NCBI GenBank assembly: GCA_963715865.1 | Contig: OY970280.1 | Location: 1,888,001 to 1,952,000 of the forward strand | Length of the DNA stretch: 64,000 bases | Origin: Candidatus Bathyarchaeota archaeon | GTDB lineage: Archaea > Thermoproteota > Bathyarchaeia > Bathyarchaeales > Bathycorpusculaceae | Reading direction: 5' to 3' | In this document: positions 47,832 through 58,057 of the stretch, piece after piece | Position numbering within the stretch: position 1 is the stretch's first letter | How the letters are laid out: each line of letters begins with the position of its first letter | Notes under the pieces: model-generated | Told to the model about the DNA's origin: nothing | What the model saw: only the letters and a program-made list of their open reading frames with translations | The model's database searches: none | Made by a program: the position numbers and the translations under genes

Positions 47832-48062
47832 ATGCCTCAGATAAAAACTTGGAAAACACGCCCAGCTTACTCCGTTATATTGGAAATTCTCAATAAAAAG
47901 GGCGACATGGCTGATGACGACCTGTTTGCTCAGTTAAAAGACGAGTATGACGATTTAGGCTACAAAGACTTCAATGATCTGCTGCTAAGGCTTGAGGTAA
48001 CCGGCAAAATTCGCACTTCTTCCATGGCGCGTGGAAAACGCCGAGTCGAGTTAGTCCATTAA
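47832..48062 (+). CDS. Small winged-helix protein
   Basis: 76 aa; ILEILNKKG...FNDLLLRLEVTGKI..wing. Confidence 0.65.
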   Translation: MPQIKTWKTRPAYSVILEILNKKGDMADDDLFAQLKDEYDDLGYKDFNDLLLRLEVTGKIRTSSMARGKRRVELVH

Positions 48063-48066
48063 CGTA

Positions 48067-49320
48067 ATGATGATGACGCACATAGTGCAAACAACAGGCA
48101 ATACTCCCGACGCCATAGTTGTTGGAGCGGGACCTGTTGGTTCATATGCAGCACTAAACTTGGCTAAACTAGGCGTTAAAGTCACAGTTTTCGAAGAGCA
48201 CCCTGAAATTGGGTTACCTTCCCATTGCGCTGGGCACCTGAGCATTCGAAGCTTAAGCAACATGGGTTTGTATCCGCTTCCAAATGGGATTGTTGAAAAC
48301 ACTTTTAGTACAGCCAACTTTTATTCGTCCGCTGGCACCAAATTTTCACTTCACCTTTCTCGCCCAGTGACTGCCGCTGTGAACAGGGCACGTTTTGACA
48401 AGTACTTGGCTAGGCAAGCTGAAGCGGCTGGCGCACGTTTCGTCTTAAACGCCTGTGTCCAATCGCTGATTATGGCGGATGGCTTTGTCAAAGGCGTAAA
48501 TATCCAACGAAACGGGGGAAAAGAAGAGAAAGTTTATTCTAAGATTACTTTGGATGCTGAGGGCGTAGCTTCTAGGGTTTTGAGACAAGCAGGTTTAACA
48601 GCACTTAAACCTGAAGGACTGGTTTATGCGGTTGAAGCTGAAGTAGAAAACGTGCAGGATGTTGAGCGTAACGCGGTTGAAGTTTACTTTGGCAAGGCTT
48701 ATGCACCTGGCTTTTACGGGTGGCTTATTCCAAAGCTTGATGGAACTGCGAAAGTTGGTTTAGCAACAAACAAGGGAGACCCCCGAAAGTTCCTGCGTGA
48801 GCTAATGTCGAAGCATCCCGTTGCTTCTAAACAGCTTGGTAAAGCCAGAATAACACAAATTGGGTATCACGCCATATCTTTGGGTGGTCCAATCGGCAGA
48901 GCTTACTCGAACGGTTTTCTTGCTGTCGGCGACTGCGCTTCGCAAGTTAAACCAACCACTGGAGGGGGAGTAATTTTCGGGTTAACATGCGCCAAAATAG
49001 CAGCGGAAACTGCTAGTGGAGCCCTACAGCGAGGCGATGTTTCCTCTGATTTCCTGCGGGTTTACCAAAAGCGCTGTTCTGACTTGTTGGGTTTTGATTT
49101 TAGTGTTATGCTTAGGCTTAGGCGGTTTCTTGATTCTTTGTCTGACGTGAAAGTGGATGAGGTGTTGCGGTTCTGCGGAAAGTTGGGCGTGGATAAAGCA
49201 TTAAGCGATGTGGATGAAATTGATTTTCAAGGAAAGCTTATGCTTAAGGTTATAGGTAAACCTTCAATGCTGGCGGCTATTGCTTACTTTGTTATGCTTT
49301 ACTTGTCTGCAAAGCCTTAA
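48067..49320 (+). CDS. Geranylgeranyl reductase family flavoprotein
   Basis: VVGAGPVGS, EEH..G.PSHCAG, PGFYGWLIP, VGDCASQVKPTTGGG. Confidence 0.9.
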   Translation: MMMTHIVQTTGNTPDAIVVGAGPVGSYAALNLAKLGVKVTVFEEHPEIGLPSHCAGHLSIRSLSNMGLYPLPNGIVENTFSTANFYSSAGTKFSLHLSRPVTAAVNRARFDKYLARQAEAAGARFVLNACVQSLIMADGFVKGVNIQRNGGKEEKVYSKITLDAEGVASRVLRQAGLTALKPEGLVYAVEAEVENVQDVERNAVEVYFGKAYAPGFYGWLIPKLDGTAKVGLATNKGDPRKFLRELMSKHPVASKQLGKARITQIGYHAISLGGPIGRAYSNGFLAVGDCASQVKPTTGGGVIFGLTCAKIAAETASGALQRGDVSSDFLRVYQKRCSDLLGFDFSVMLRLRRFLDSLSDVKVDEVLRFCGKLGVDKALSDVDEIDFQGKLMLKVIGKPSMLAAIAYFVMLYLSAKP

Positions 49321-49355
49321 AATCTTGGATGCCAAACTATAGGCGGGAAACGCGA

Positions 49356-49718
49356 ATGAGCGAATTTGAATATAAGCAAGTCCTCGTTTTCCGCGCGGAT
49401 TTGAAGATGAGTAAAGGAAAAATTGCAGCGCAAGCTGGGCACGCAGCGGTTTCTGCTGCTCAAGACGCTTTTGTGCATCATAAGAAGTGGTGGGAAGCCT
49501 GGCTTTTTGAGGGGCAACGTAAAATAGCGGTTAAGGTTCCCGGCGAGAAGGAGCTGGGTGAGCTTGAAGAGGCAGCTGACGAGTTGGGTTTGCCTCATGC
49601 GTTGATTGTTGATCGAGGTTTAACGGAGGTTCCAGAGGGCACAATAACCTGCTTGGGGATTGGTCCTGCACCAGCAGAAAAGATCGATCGGTTAACGGGC
49701 AAGCTTAAATTGTTCTAA
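49356..49718 (+). CDS. pth2: Peptidyl-tRNA hydrolase 2
   Basis: KQVLVFRADLKMSKGKIAAQAGHA, DRGLTE, CLGIGP. Confidence 0.96.
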   Translation: MSEFEYKQVLVFRADLKMSKGKIAAQAGHAAVSAAQDAFVHHKKWWEAWLFEGQRKIAVKVPGEKELGELEEAADELGLPHALIVDRGLTEVPEGTITCLGIGPAPAEKIDRLTGKLKLF

Positions 49719-49727
49719 GGCGATTTT

Positions 49728-51101
49728 TTGCCTATTCCTGAAATTGACAAGTTGCTCGGAATCGAAGTTTATGCTACTAAAACTTCGGGTGTTGGCGGTG
49801 TCATTCGTGAAGTGGTTGATGATTTTGTGGTTGAAGAGGTTCTGGTTGACGGCTCCAAAGCGAGTGTGAATGGGGTTGTTGCAACCAGGGTTTTAGGTTC
49901 TACACTTCAAAGCCAGCGGTATTTGCTGTGCGTTTTGGTTAAGCGTAACTGGGACACCTTCATTGCAGTCAAAAATGTTGCAAGGGGATTAGGCATTGAC
50001 CAAGCGAGAGTCCAGTTTGCAGGGATAAAGGATGCTAAGGCTGTTACTGCCCAACATATCACTATTGAAAACGTTTCGATGGAAGATGTTGGGAAAGTTA
50101 ACGTTAAAGATATAGAAGTTCATCCTGTTGGTTACGTTCGAGAAAAGTTATCGCTGTTTTACCTTTTAGGCAACAATTTCACTATAACAATCAAATCCAT
50201 TAAGCATTCTGAGGCAACCGTTGAAAAACGAGTAGCCCAAGCAATACAGGAAATTAAAGCTTTAGGTGGCATTCCAAACTTTTTTGGGCACCAACGTTTC
50301 GGAACCACACGCCCAATAACGCATTTGGTTGGAAAAGCTCTTGTTAGAGGCGATTTTGAGGAGGCAGCAATGCTTTTTCTAGCTAAATCAAGCGTTCATG
50401 AGCATCCAGCCTCAAGGCAGGCACGCCAAGAACTGCAGTCAAAAAGAAACTTCAAGCAGGCGCTGGAGAATTTTCCTAAGCAACTTCGTTTTGAAAGGTT
50501 AATGCTGAGTCACTTGGTTAATAAACCGGATGATTATGTTGGTGCCTTTCAACGGTTGCCTGCTAAGCTTCAAGAGCTTTTTGTTCAAGCACATCAATCT
50601 TACCTGTTTAACCGTTTCCTGAGCGAGCGGGTTAAGCAAGGTTACTCTTTGAATAAGGCTGAGGTTGGGGATTATGCGGTTGGTGTTGAGCGTTCTGGAT
50701 TACCCTTTACCAGCATGTCAAAAATTGTAACCGTGGAAACTGTGGCTGAAGTTAACGAGCAAATTAAGGCTGGAAAAATGCGAGTTGCTTTACCCATAGT
50801 TGGAGTAAAACAGAAGTTGTCTCAAGGGGTCATGGGGCAGATGGAAAAAGAGGTTCTTGAGGAAGAAGAAATCAAGATGGAAAACTTGCGAATTAACGCT
50901 TTATCAAGGATTGGCGGTAAAGGCGGGTTGCGAACGGCAGTTACTCCAATCAGAGACTTCAAGCTTCAAAATGTTTCAGCAAATGCAGGCGGCAAAGGCT
51001 GCCAAGCAGAATTAAGCTTCATGCTGCTTAGAGGTTCCTACGCAACGGTTCTTCTAAGAGAGATAATGAAGCCATCTAACCTGATAACCGCTGGCTTCTA
51101 A
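49728..51101 (+). CDS. truD: tRNA pseudouridine(13) synthase
   Basis: DFVVEE, AGIKDAKAVTAQ, GNNFTI, PNFFGHQRFG, QSYLFN, GSYATV. Confidence 0.95.
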   Translation: MPIPEIDKLLGIEVYATKTSGVGGVIREVVDDFVVEEVLVDGSKASVNGVVATRVLGSTLQSQRYLLCVLVKRNWDTFIAVKNVARGLGIDQARVQFAGIKDAKAVTAQHITIENVSMEDVGKVNVKDIEVHPVGYVREKLSLFYLLGNNFTITIKSIKHSEATVEKRVAQAIQEIKALGGIPNFFGHQRFGTTRPITHLVGKALVRGDFEEAAMLFLAKSSVHEHPASRQARQELQSKRNFKQALENFPKQLRFERLMLSHLVNKPDDYVGAFQRLPAKLQELFVQAHQSYLFNRFLSERVKQGYSLNKAEVGDYAVGVERSGLPFTSMSKIVTVETVAEVNEQIKAGKMRVALPIVGVKQKLSQGVMGQMEKEVLEEEEIKMENLRINALSRIGGKGGLRTAVTPIRDFKLQNVSANAGGKGCQAELSFMLLRGSYATVLLREIMKPSNLITAGF

Positions 51102-51250
51102 ACCTTTAAAATTTTTCCCTTTAGCTTGGTCTATTTAAAATGGGCTTTAGTGACTTAGAGCTAGAATTCAAACGCTAATACTTCTCAAGCTGCTCAGTGA
51201 TAAAGTTGATAAGCAAGTGGTAAATTCACTTTCTATTAGGAAGTTTTTTT

Positions 51251-51808
51251 ACGGAAAATGAACGGCAATGCGTTATACCGCTTCACAAACCAAGTCTCAA
51301 AGAATTGATCTTCTTTTTCGCTTCAGGAGTCCTCGTAAGCATCCCTTTTACTTTGTTTTTTTCGCAGTTTTACTTTTTGTTCCCGTCAGCTTTGGCAGTA
51401 ATTGTTTTAGCGCCCTTCATAGAGGAGTTAGCTAAAGTTTTCCCTCTATTCTATAGGCATGGTGAAACAGAAAGGTCCCTTGTTACATTAGGTATTTTGA
51501 TTGGGTTAGGTTTCGGCATTTCTGAACTGGTATTGTATGTTGCCTTTTTGGGTGCGCCTTTGATTGATAGAATTCCAGGCGTCATTTTTCATGCTTCAAG
51601 CGCAGCCATAACTGCTTACGGTATAGCTAAGAAAAATCCTCTTCCTTACTACTTGTTGTCTGTGGTGCTTCACGCAACAAATAACTTCATTGCTTACGAA
51701 CCTCAGGTGACTTTTGGTTTGTTCGTTGAATTGATAGTTTTAATCGCGGTTTATCTTCTTGCTTGGCGCTTTTACCATAAGGCTTCAAAAGAAAAAATAG
51801 TCGTATAA
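51251..51808 (+). CDS. PrsW-family intramembrane metalloprotease; start uncertain (ACG 51251 or TTG 51305)
   Basis: APFIEELAK, GLGFGISE, FHAS, LHATNN motifs; frame open from 51224. Confidence 0.8.
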   Translation, partial: TENERQCVIPLHKPSLKELIFFFASGVLVSIPFTLFFSQFYFLFPSALAVIVLAPFIEELAKVFPLFYRHGETERSLVTLGILIGLGFGISELVLYVAFLGAPLIDRIPGVIFHASSAAITAYGIAKKNPLPYYLLSVVLHATNNFIAYEPQVTFGLFVELIVLIAVYLLAWRFYHKASKEKIVV

Positions 51809-51810
51809 CG

Positions 51811-52335
51811 CTAAACTTTCTCAGTTCTAGCTAAATCTCTGAGCCTGTTGACCCCATCTATCTCATTAATGAAGTCAGCGACGCTTTTAGGAACAAGCTC
51901 TGTCCAACTGTCGCCTTTAAGCATTTTTTCTCTAACGATGGTTGACATGTAAAGTTTCCTATCAAACAACGGAATGCTTTTGACCGGATAACCTGCTTCC
52001 ATGAAAAGTCTTTGTGTCAACGGCTCATTAGAATAACAAACATTGAACTTTGGCGTGTAACCTTCAACCGCACTAACCCAAAGCATATGCAAATGGACAT
52101 CTGGAACGGGAACAATCCAAAGTCTGGAATAATCCACTTTGGCTTCTTGCAATGCACGGCGAATCATAACTAGTCTTTCGCCCGCTGTAAACGGGTTGTT
52201 GATGTTATGACTATACTGAGCGCTACCGATGACTATGACGAGTTCATCAACTTCTTTTAATACGGCCTTGATGGCGCCAAGGTGACCTAAATGGAAAGGC
52301 TGAAATCTGCCAACGTAAAAGCCCCGATTAACCAC
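51811..52335 (-). CDS. Nicotinamide-mononucleotide adenylyltransferase
   Basis: GRFQPFHLGH, IGSAQ, NPFTAGER. Confidence 0.94.
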   Translation of the reverse strand: MVNRGFYVGRFQPFHLGHLGAIKAVLKEVDELVIVIGSAQYSHNINNPFTAGERLVMIRRALQEAKVDYSRLWIVPVPDVHLHMLWVSAVEGYTPKFNVCYSNEPLTQRLFMEAGYPVKSIPLFDRKLYMSTIVREKMLKGDSWTELVPKSVADFINEIDGVNRLRDLARTEKV

Positions 52336-52401
52336 AATACTTCCTCGCCTTTGAGGTTAAACTCGCATGCTTTTATGATTTGCGTTTAAAAAAAATGCAA
52401 G

Positions 52402-52986
52402 TTAAACCAAATTTCTTAGAACATATTCAACAGGGAAAACCTGAAGCAGACCACCATTTGCTTCTATTTCTTTTGAGGCTGAAAAACCTCTTTTCTCTCG
52501 ACGTAAAAGCGCATGTTTAACTTTTAAGCCTCCGCCGTAACCACCTAGCGTAAAATCGGATTTTACAACCCTGTGGCAGGGAACAATGGGTGCAAAAGGA
52601 TTTGCTGCCATAATGTTGCCAACAGCTCTTGGACCACCACCCACAGCCTTGGCGAGTGAACCGTAGGAAGCTACATAACCAAGTGGAATCTCCGCAGTTG
52701 CTTTAAGCACTTTTTGAGTATAAACTGGCAAACGAGTCAAGGCTAAAGGGAAGCTTACGTTAACGTTTTTTCCATCATAAATGTTCTTCAAAGAAGCAAG
52801 AATGTTTTTGGCGAAAGCTGAGGGCTCATGGAAAACCTGAAAGGGTACATTGAACGGTGTACTTCTTAAAATGTTATTTAATATTACTTGTTGGCTTGCA
52901 CCAAAGGATGATGCGACGATTTGATGTTGAGCGCAGGCAACGCTGAACCAAACACCATCAATGTTTTGACTATAAATTTCTATCAA
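52402..52986 (-). CDS. ogt: Methylated-DNA--protein-cysteine methyltransferase
   Basis: RAVGN, NPFAPIVPCHRVV, LGGYGGG. Confidence 0.93.
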   Translation of the reverse strand: MIEIYSQNIDGVWFSVACAQHQIVASSFGASQQVILNNILRSTPFNVPFQVFHEPSAFAKNILASLKNIYDGKNVNVSFPLALTRLPVYTQKVLKATAEIPLGYVASYGSLAKAVGGGPRAVGNIMAANPFAPIVPCHRVVKSDFTLGGYGGGLKVKHALLRREKRGFSASKEIEANGGLLQVFPVEYVLRNLV

Positions 52987-53033
52987 TTGCTTTCACTATG
53001 CAGTTATTTGCCATGTTAACAGCATGCGGTATG

Positions 53034-53204
53034 TTAAAAGTTTCTGCGGTATAAACTTGTTTTGCCTTTACATTCCATGCAAATAGCCACTATCTTAACA
53101 TTCTCCATGGGTTGCTGAAAATTCAGTAAACCCTTCCCAAGCACGGTTATGTAACCGACTGGTTTTCCACATTTCTGGCATCTTACAGGCTTAGACTCAC
53201 TCAT
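53034..53204 (-). CDS. Small zinc-finger protein (CQKC...CMEC)
   Basis: GGTGAGG SD before ATG 53204; two CxxC. Confidence 0.7.
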   Translation of the reverse strand: MSESKPVRCQKCGKPVGYITVLGKGLLNFQQPMENVKIVAICMECKGKTSLYRRNF

Positions 53205-53289
53205 GTTAAGTCGCCTCACCTAGTCTAGAATTGTTATAAGTAACCTTAATAGATTGTCTTGTGTATAACAACGGGAAAAGGCGAAAATT

Positions 53290-53952
53290 ATGGAAGGATA
53301 TGGACCACAATTACCGCAAATACCACAAGATCAATCACAGCAAGCCCAGCAAGGCGGCTACGCGTGGATTCCAGGCGCCACCACAGTTGGCGCTGTCTTC
53401 TCAGGCGGAGTAATTTTAGCCTCTGAAAAAAGAGTAACATACGGTTATTTTGTTATGAGTAAAGGCGGCAAAAAAGTATTCAAAATAACCGACCGAATCG
53501 GCGTTGCCTGCGCAGGACTTGTTGGAGACATGCAAATTCTCGCTAAAGAAATGGAAGCGCAAGGTAATCTTTTCAGCATGGACACTGGCAGAAAAATCAG
53601 CGTGCGCTCAGCAGCAAAACTTATGGCAAACATCCTCTTCAACCGTCGATATGCGCCATTAATTACTCAAACAATTGTTGGCGGCATGGATGAAGAAGGC
53701 CCATCGCTTTACGTTCTAGACGTTTTAGGCTCACTTATACCTGATAAATATGCGGTGGTCGGTTCAGGAACAGAAATAGCCATGGGTGTTTTAGAAGAAG
53801 GCTACAAAGAAAGCATGAACACAAAAGAAGCGAAAGAACTCGTAATGCGATCTATAAAGTCAGCAATAAGCAGAGATTCAATGAGCGGCGACGGCATAGA
53901 CTTCCTTATTATAACTAAGGAAGGCATAACTGAAGAATCCGTAAAGTTTTAA
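53290..53952 (+). CDS. psmB: Proteasome beta subunit
   Basis: Propeptide then GA/TTVG, ASEKR, GLVGD, GSG, RDSMSGDG. Confidence 0.95.
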   Translation: MEGYGPQLPQIPQDQSQQAQQGGYAWIPGATTVGAVFSGGVILASEKRVTYGYFVMSKGGKKVFKITDRIGVACAGLVGDMQILAKEMEAQGNLFSMDTGRKISVRSAAKLMANILFNRRYAPLITQTIVGGMDEEGPSLYVLDVLGSLIPDKYAVVGSGTEIAMGVLEEGYKESMNTKEAKELVMRSIKSAISRDSMSGDGIDFLIITKEGITEESVKF

Positions 53953-54031
53953 ACAATTTTTCTTCAAAATTTATCTTCACATTAAAGAGATTCAGCAGCG
54001 CATATCCGCATGTAGCTAAGAAGGAAGCGTT

Positions 54032-54655
54032 ATGTCGTTTGAACTAAGCCTAGAAGAAGGAAAATTCTTAATTCAACTTGCCCGAAGCGCAGTAAAAGAA
54101 CACCTAGAAAAAGGGAAAGCCATTCAACCTCCAAAAGAAACTCCCAAGAAACTTTTTGAACAATGTGGCGTTTTCGTAACAATAAACAGCGTAAGGAACT
54201 GCGAGAAGGAGCTTCGCGGCTGCATAGGTTACCCTTACCCAACAAGTCAGCTTGTGGAGGCAGTGATTGATTCAGCCATTAATGCTGCAACGCAAGACCC
54301 ACGGTTTTATCCCTTATCCTTAGATGAGTTGAGCAAAGTTGTTTTTGAAGTAAGCGTGCTAACGCCTCCAGAACCTGTGGAAGTTAAAAATCCAAAAGAG
54401 TACTTGAGTAAAATTAAGGTTGGCGAAGACGGCTTAATTGTTGAAAAAGGCTACTATAGGGGTTTGCTTTTGCCACAGGTGCCTGTTGAATGGGGATGGT
54501 GCGAAGAAGAATTTCTTTGCCAATGCTGCATCAAAGCAGGGGTTCCCCCGGACAGTTGGCTAACGAAAGGCACTAAAATATACAAGTTTAAAGCTATAAT
54601 TTTTGAGGAAGAAACGCCAATGGGCGAAGTTAAACGTCTACACCTTAGCAAATAA
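54032..54655 (+). CDS. amrA: AMMECR1-domain protein (AmmeMemoRadiSam protein A)
   Basis: GVFVT, LRGCIG, DPRF, GLLLPQV, CCIKAG, F.A.IF.E. Confidence 0.93.
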   Translation: MSFELSLEEGKFLIQLARSAVKEHLEKGKAIQPPKETPKKLFEQCGVFVTINSVRNCEKELRGCIGYPYPTSQLVEAVIDSAINAATQDPRFYPLSLDELSKVVFEVSVLTPPEPVEVKNPKEYLSKIKVGEDGLIVEKGYYRGLLLPQVPVEWGWCEEEFLCQCCIKAGVPPDSWLTKGTKIYKFKAIIFEEETPMGEVKRLHLSK

Positions 54656-54664
54656 CAATTGGCG

Positions 54665-55804
54665 TTAATCTAGTAGGGTTTCAATGATTGTAACTGCCCT
54701 GTCTAAACCTTTAAACTTGTTAGAAAACTCATTCAGGGCCAACATGTTTCTGTCGAAGGATTCTTTTTCCTTTTCCATTTTTTCAACAGCTTTTTCAAGC
54801 CCGCTTTTGTTTTTAACAGTTATTGAGCAGTTTAAGTCTTGAAGTTTAGCAGCGTTTCCCAACTGTTCAGGCTGTGTAGGAATGCAGATGCTTGGTTTTG
54901 CGTATTTGATGGTTTCAAAGCATGTTATGTGACCACCGCTAAAGATTACGAATTTAGCGTTTTTCATACATTCCTGCCTCTCTTCGGCAGAGAGCCATGT
55001 GTGAAGCTCACAATTGCCAATTTTTGCTGTGGCTTTTTTTCCAGGCGTTCCTAAGCTAACGATACATTTAGTTTTCAGTTTTTCAAGAACTGGAAAAAGG
55101 GTTTTCATTAGTTTTGCTTTTGTTCCCGATGGTCCGCTTACTGGGGCAAAAATATGTTCTTGTGATCCTTTAACGTATGTTGTGTCAACGAAGCTTCCAA
55201 TAAACTCAACTTTTCCGTTTAATCCTATTTTATCCAAGTTTCCAATGCTGTACTCTGAAATTGTGTACGGCGGCGGATTGTCTGGAATTATTATTTTTGA
55301 GCAGTGCTTTACATACCGTTCAACCAATCTTTCGCCTGGATTTAGAAAAGCAGAGAAACCGTAGCTTGGCCTTATCATGTTAGCTATGTAAACTGAGGGA
55401 ATTCTCCATCTATGAGCAAGTCGAAGCGCGTTTATGTCACCATCGGCGATAAGAATGTCCGGCGCAATATCGCGAATGTTTTCTCTAAGGTCATAGTAAC
55501 GATGTATAGTTTCCATCGCATTAGAATTTTTTATTTCCAGCCTATTTTTTTCCATGTTAAACAATGGAAGAGGAAATAAAACGTTGATTAGTGAGGCAGA
55601 AGTGATTATGCCGTAAGCGTTCTCATACCAGGATACTGGCGTGCATTTGTAAACATTTCTAAATTCCTTTTGGAGCATCTGGTAAGCTTTGCCGCCTGAG
55701 AAAAAGAACAGTTCATGACCATTTTTCTCAAGCCTCTTTCCTAATGGTATGATGCGGGAAACATGGCCTAAGCCAAGTTCTGAACAGCTTAATAGCAGTC
55801 TCAT
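54665..55804 (-). CDS. GT-B glycosyltransferase (GT28/MJ1255-like)
   Basis: GLGHVSR, GGHITCFE, QPEQ..NA. Confidence 0.85.
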   Translation of the reverse strand: MRLLLSCSELGLGHVSRIIPLGKRLEKNGHELFFFSGGKAYQMLQKEFRNVYKCTPVSWYENAYGIITSASLINVLFPLPLFNMEKNRLEIKNSNAMETIHRYYDLRENIRDIAPDILIADGDINALRLAHRWRIPSVYIANMIRPSYGFSAFLNPGERLVERYVKHCSKIIIPDNPPPYTISEYSIGNLDKIGLNGKVEFIGSFVDTTYVKGSQEHIFAPVSGPSGTKAKLMKTLFPVLEKLKTKCIVSLGTPGKKATAKIGNCELHTWLSAEERQECMKNAKFVIFSGGHITCFETIKYAKPSICIPTQPEQLGNAAKLQDLNCSITVKNKSGLEKAVEKMEKEKESFDRNMLALNEFSNKFKGLDRAVTIIETLLD

Positions 55805-55896
55805 ATGCTTACAGATAAGTTGGTGATTTATTTTAACTATCTCTTATTGGGCTGAAAAAAGCAAGCAATTTAAAGCTTAGTTGATAAATTATAGTT

Positions 55897-56754
55897 ATGT
55901 TTGTTCCTCGAAAAATTCTGGAAGAAAAGCTCAGGCAAATACTTGCTGAGGACATAGGGCAAGGTGATGTAACAGCCCAAGCAATTATTCCTCCAAATTT
56001 AAACGTAAAGGCAATAGTTATAACTAAAGAGGAAGGCATAGCTGCTGGAATTGAAGAAACAATCATTCTTGCTGAATATTTAGGATTAAAAGTTAAAGCT
56101 AAAGTTGCTGATGGAGAAAAAATCAAAAATAAGCAAGTATTAATGGAAATCTCAGGAGATGCCCAAACCATTCTCTCGGCTGAGAGAACAATGCTAAATC
56201 TTCTTTCACGAATGAGCGGCATCGCAACCATCACGCGAACGTTAACAGAGAAATTAAGAAAAGCAAACGTGCCAACAGCAATTGCGGCAACACGCAAAAC
56301 AGCGCCAGGACTGCTTTACTTTGACAAAAAAGCAGTCACCATAGGGAGCGGAGACCCACATAGGCTTCATTTGGATGATATGATTTTGATTAAAGACAAT
56401 CATATTGCAATAGTTGGAAGCCCTGAAGAAGCAGTTAAAAAAGCAAAAGCAAACGCTTCTTTCACCAAAAAAATCGAGGTTGAAGTTACAAAAGCCTCAG
56501 ATGTCTTGAAAGTTGCACAGGCAGGAGCAGACGTGATAATGCTTGATAACTTCTCAATCGAGCAGGTTAAAGATGCTGTAGGTTTGCTGAAGAAGGCGGG
56601 CTTTTTAGGCAAAGTAATTTTGGAGGCAAGCGGTGGAATCACAGCTAAAAACATAATGGATTATGCAATGGCAAAAGTCGATATCATCAGTATGGGAGAA
56701 ATAACTCATAGTGTCAAAGCGATAGATATTAGTTTAGAAATTGAGAAAAGTTGA
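55897..56754 (+). CDS. nadC: Nicotinate-nucleotide pyrophosphorylase (quinolinate PRTase)
   Basis: EDIGQGDVT, AERTMLN, TRKT.PG, IKDNH, EVEV, IMLDN, EASGGI. Confidence 0.96.
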   Translation: MFVPRKILEEKLRQILAEDIGQGDVTAQAIIPPNLNVKAIVITKEEGIAAGIEETIILAEYLGLKVKAKVADGEKIKNKQVLMEISGDAQTILSAERTMLNLLSRMSGIATITRTLTEKLRKANVPTAIAATRKTAPGLLYFDKKAVTIGSGDPHRLHLDDMILIKDNHIAIVGSPEEAVKKAKANASFTKKIEVEVTKASDVLKVAQAGADVIMLDNFSIEQVKDAVGLLKKAGFLGKVILEASGGITAKNIMDYAMAKVDIISMGEITHSVKAIDISLEIEKS

Positions 56755-56757
56755 AAT

Positions 56758-57309
56758 TTAGCCTCCGATAGAGATCAGCCACGTTTCAACGATAGCTCCA
56801 ACCACAAGCAAAAGTGCACAAATCCCAATTAAAATGCCTGTGTTTTTAAGCTCTCGCCATCGCCTTTGCAGCAGTCTACGGAACAGCCAGATGCTTTCAG
56901 TAATGCCGATTGAGTAAGATGTAAATTCTAACCAAAATACGGGTGTAATAACCAGAAGTGCAAAACCTAAGAGCGGAGAGTATCCTTGTACGCTGGCAAT
57001 AGCACCCATCGCCATGCCAGTATCAAAAAGTATTAAGAAGCCCAGCATTGGTCCAATGACGGGAACGAACATTAGCAAGCAGATATAGAAGTTGTTTAAG
57101 AAAATATATTCAGGTAATGTGCCATTAGCTTGGTTTGTGGTGAGTGTTTGATTTACGCCATCACTTATTTGCTTCGCGTCTTGAGCGCTAAGCGGCACCA
57201 AAGATCCAATGATAGTTAATAAGACCGCGATCACGAAAATTATTATCGTAGAATAGATTCTCTTGCGTTTTGATGACGCCTTCTTCCAAAAAGACAAATC
57301 AAGCTTCAT
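56758..57309 (-). CDS. SpoIIM/DUF95 family membrane protein
   Basis: IFLNN, LEFTSY, GAIVETW; multiple TM helices. Confidence 0.8.
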   Translation of the reverse strand: MKLDLSFWKKASSKRKRIYSTIIIFVIAVLLTIIGSLVPLSAQDAKQISDGVNQTLTTNQANGTLPEYIFLNNFYICLLMFVPVIGPMLGFLILFDTGMAMGAIASVQGYSPLLGFALLVITPVFWLEFTSYSIGITESIWLFRRLLQRRWRELKNTGILIGICALLLVVGAIVETWLISIGG

Positions 57310-57325
57310 GACATGAACCTTCTTT

Positions 57326-58018
57326 TTAGCGTATGGGCTTAATTTTTAAGGCACGAAATCCTCGTGCACAAGGGTTTAACGTTTCAGACAATTTAACCTT
57401 TGTTAAAGTTCCTTCAACGTCAACAGCATAACCACGTACGTCATGCTCAGCAGCTATGAGTGAACTAAGATACACGCGGTCTTCTTGTATTGTTGGCTGG
57501 CACAATAAAGGTAAACCCAACAAAACAGGCTCTTTTTCATCCACCGCTTTTTTGCAATCATAAAGAATCGCTTCTGCACCAGCCGTTAACTCAGCAATCC
57601 GCACAGGAACACTCTCTTTACCAATAGCCAACGTGTCCACGTCATAGAGCCGTTTGATTTCGCCAGCAATTTTCCTAAGCCTGGGCAAAATCTTGAGAAT
57701 GTTTTGCCTTCCCGTTCTTGACGCACGCAAGTTTAAAAGCTCAACCGGCGATAACTCCTCAATTGAGACACCGCCAAGCGACATATCCAAATGCACAACA
57801 TCAGCCTTCATTTTATCAAGCAAACTTCTGCAAAGCTCAGCCTCATGCACTATCACCTCAAACCCGTTTTCAACTTCCCTAAAAATCGGTTCAGCCAACC
57901 GAAAAGATGGCTCCCTATACGGTGGATTAACCAGCACCGAAACAGAAGCAACAAGGTACAGTGGCTTAAACTGTGGGTCCAGTATTGCTGCTGCAGAATC
58001 CGCCGATATAACTCTCAA
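57326..58018 (-). CDS. DUF4152-like archaeal protein (RNase H-like)
   Basis: ADSAAAIL, VVHLDMSLGG, GKESVPVRIAELTAG. Confidence 0.7.
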   Translation of the reverse strand: MRVISADSAAAILDPQFKPLYLVASVSVLVNPPYREPSFRLAEPIFREVENGFEVIVHEAELCRSLLDKMKADVVHLDMSLGGVSIEELSPVELLNLRASRTGRQNILKILPRLRKIAGEIKRLYDVDTLAIGKESVPVRIAELTAGAEAILYDCKKAVDEKEPVLLGLPLLCQPTIQEDRVYLSSLIAAEHDVRGYAVDVEGTLTKVKLSETLNPCARGFRALKIKPIR

Positions 58019-58057
58019 GTCTTACACCTAACAATAATAGTAGCTAAGCAGAAGAAA

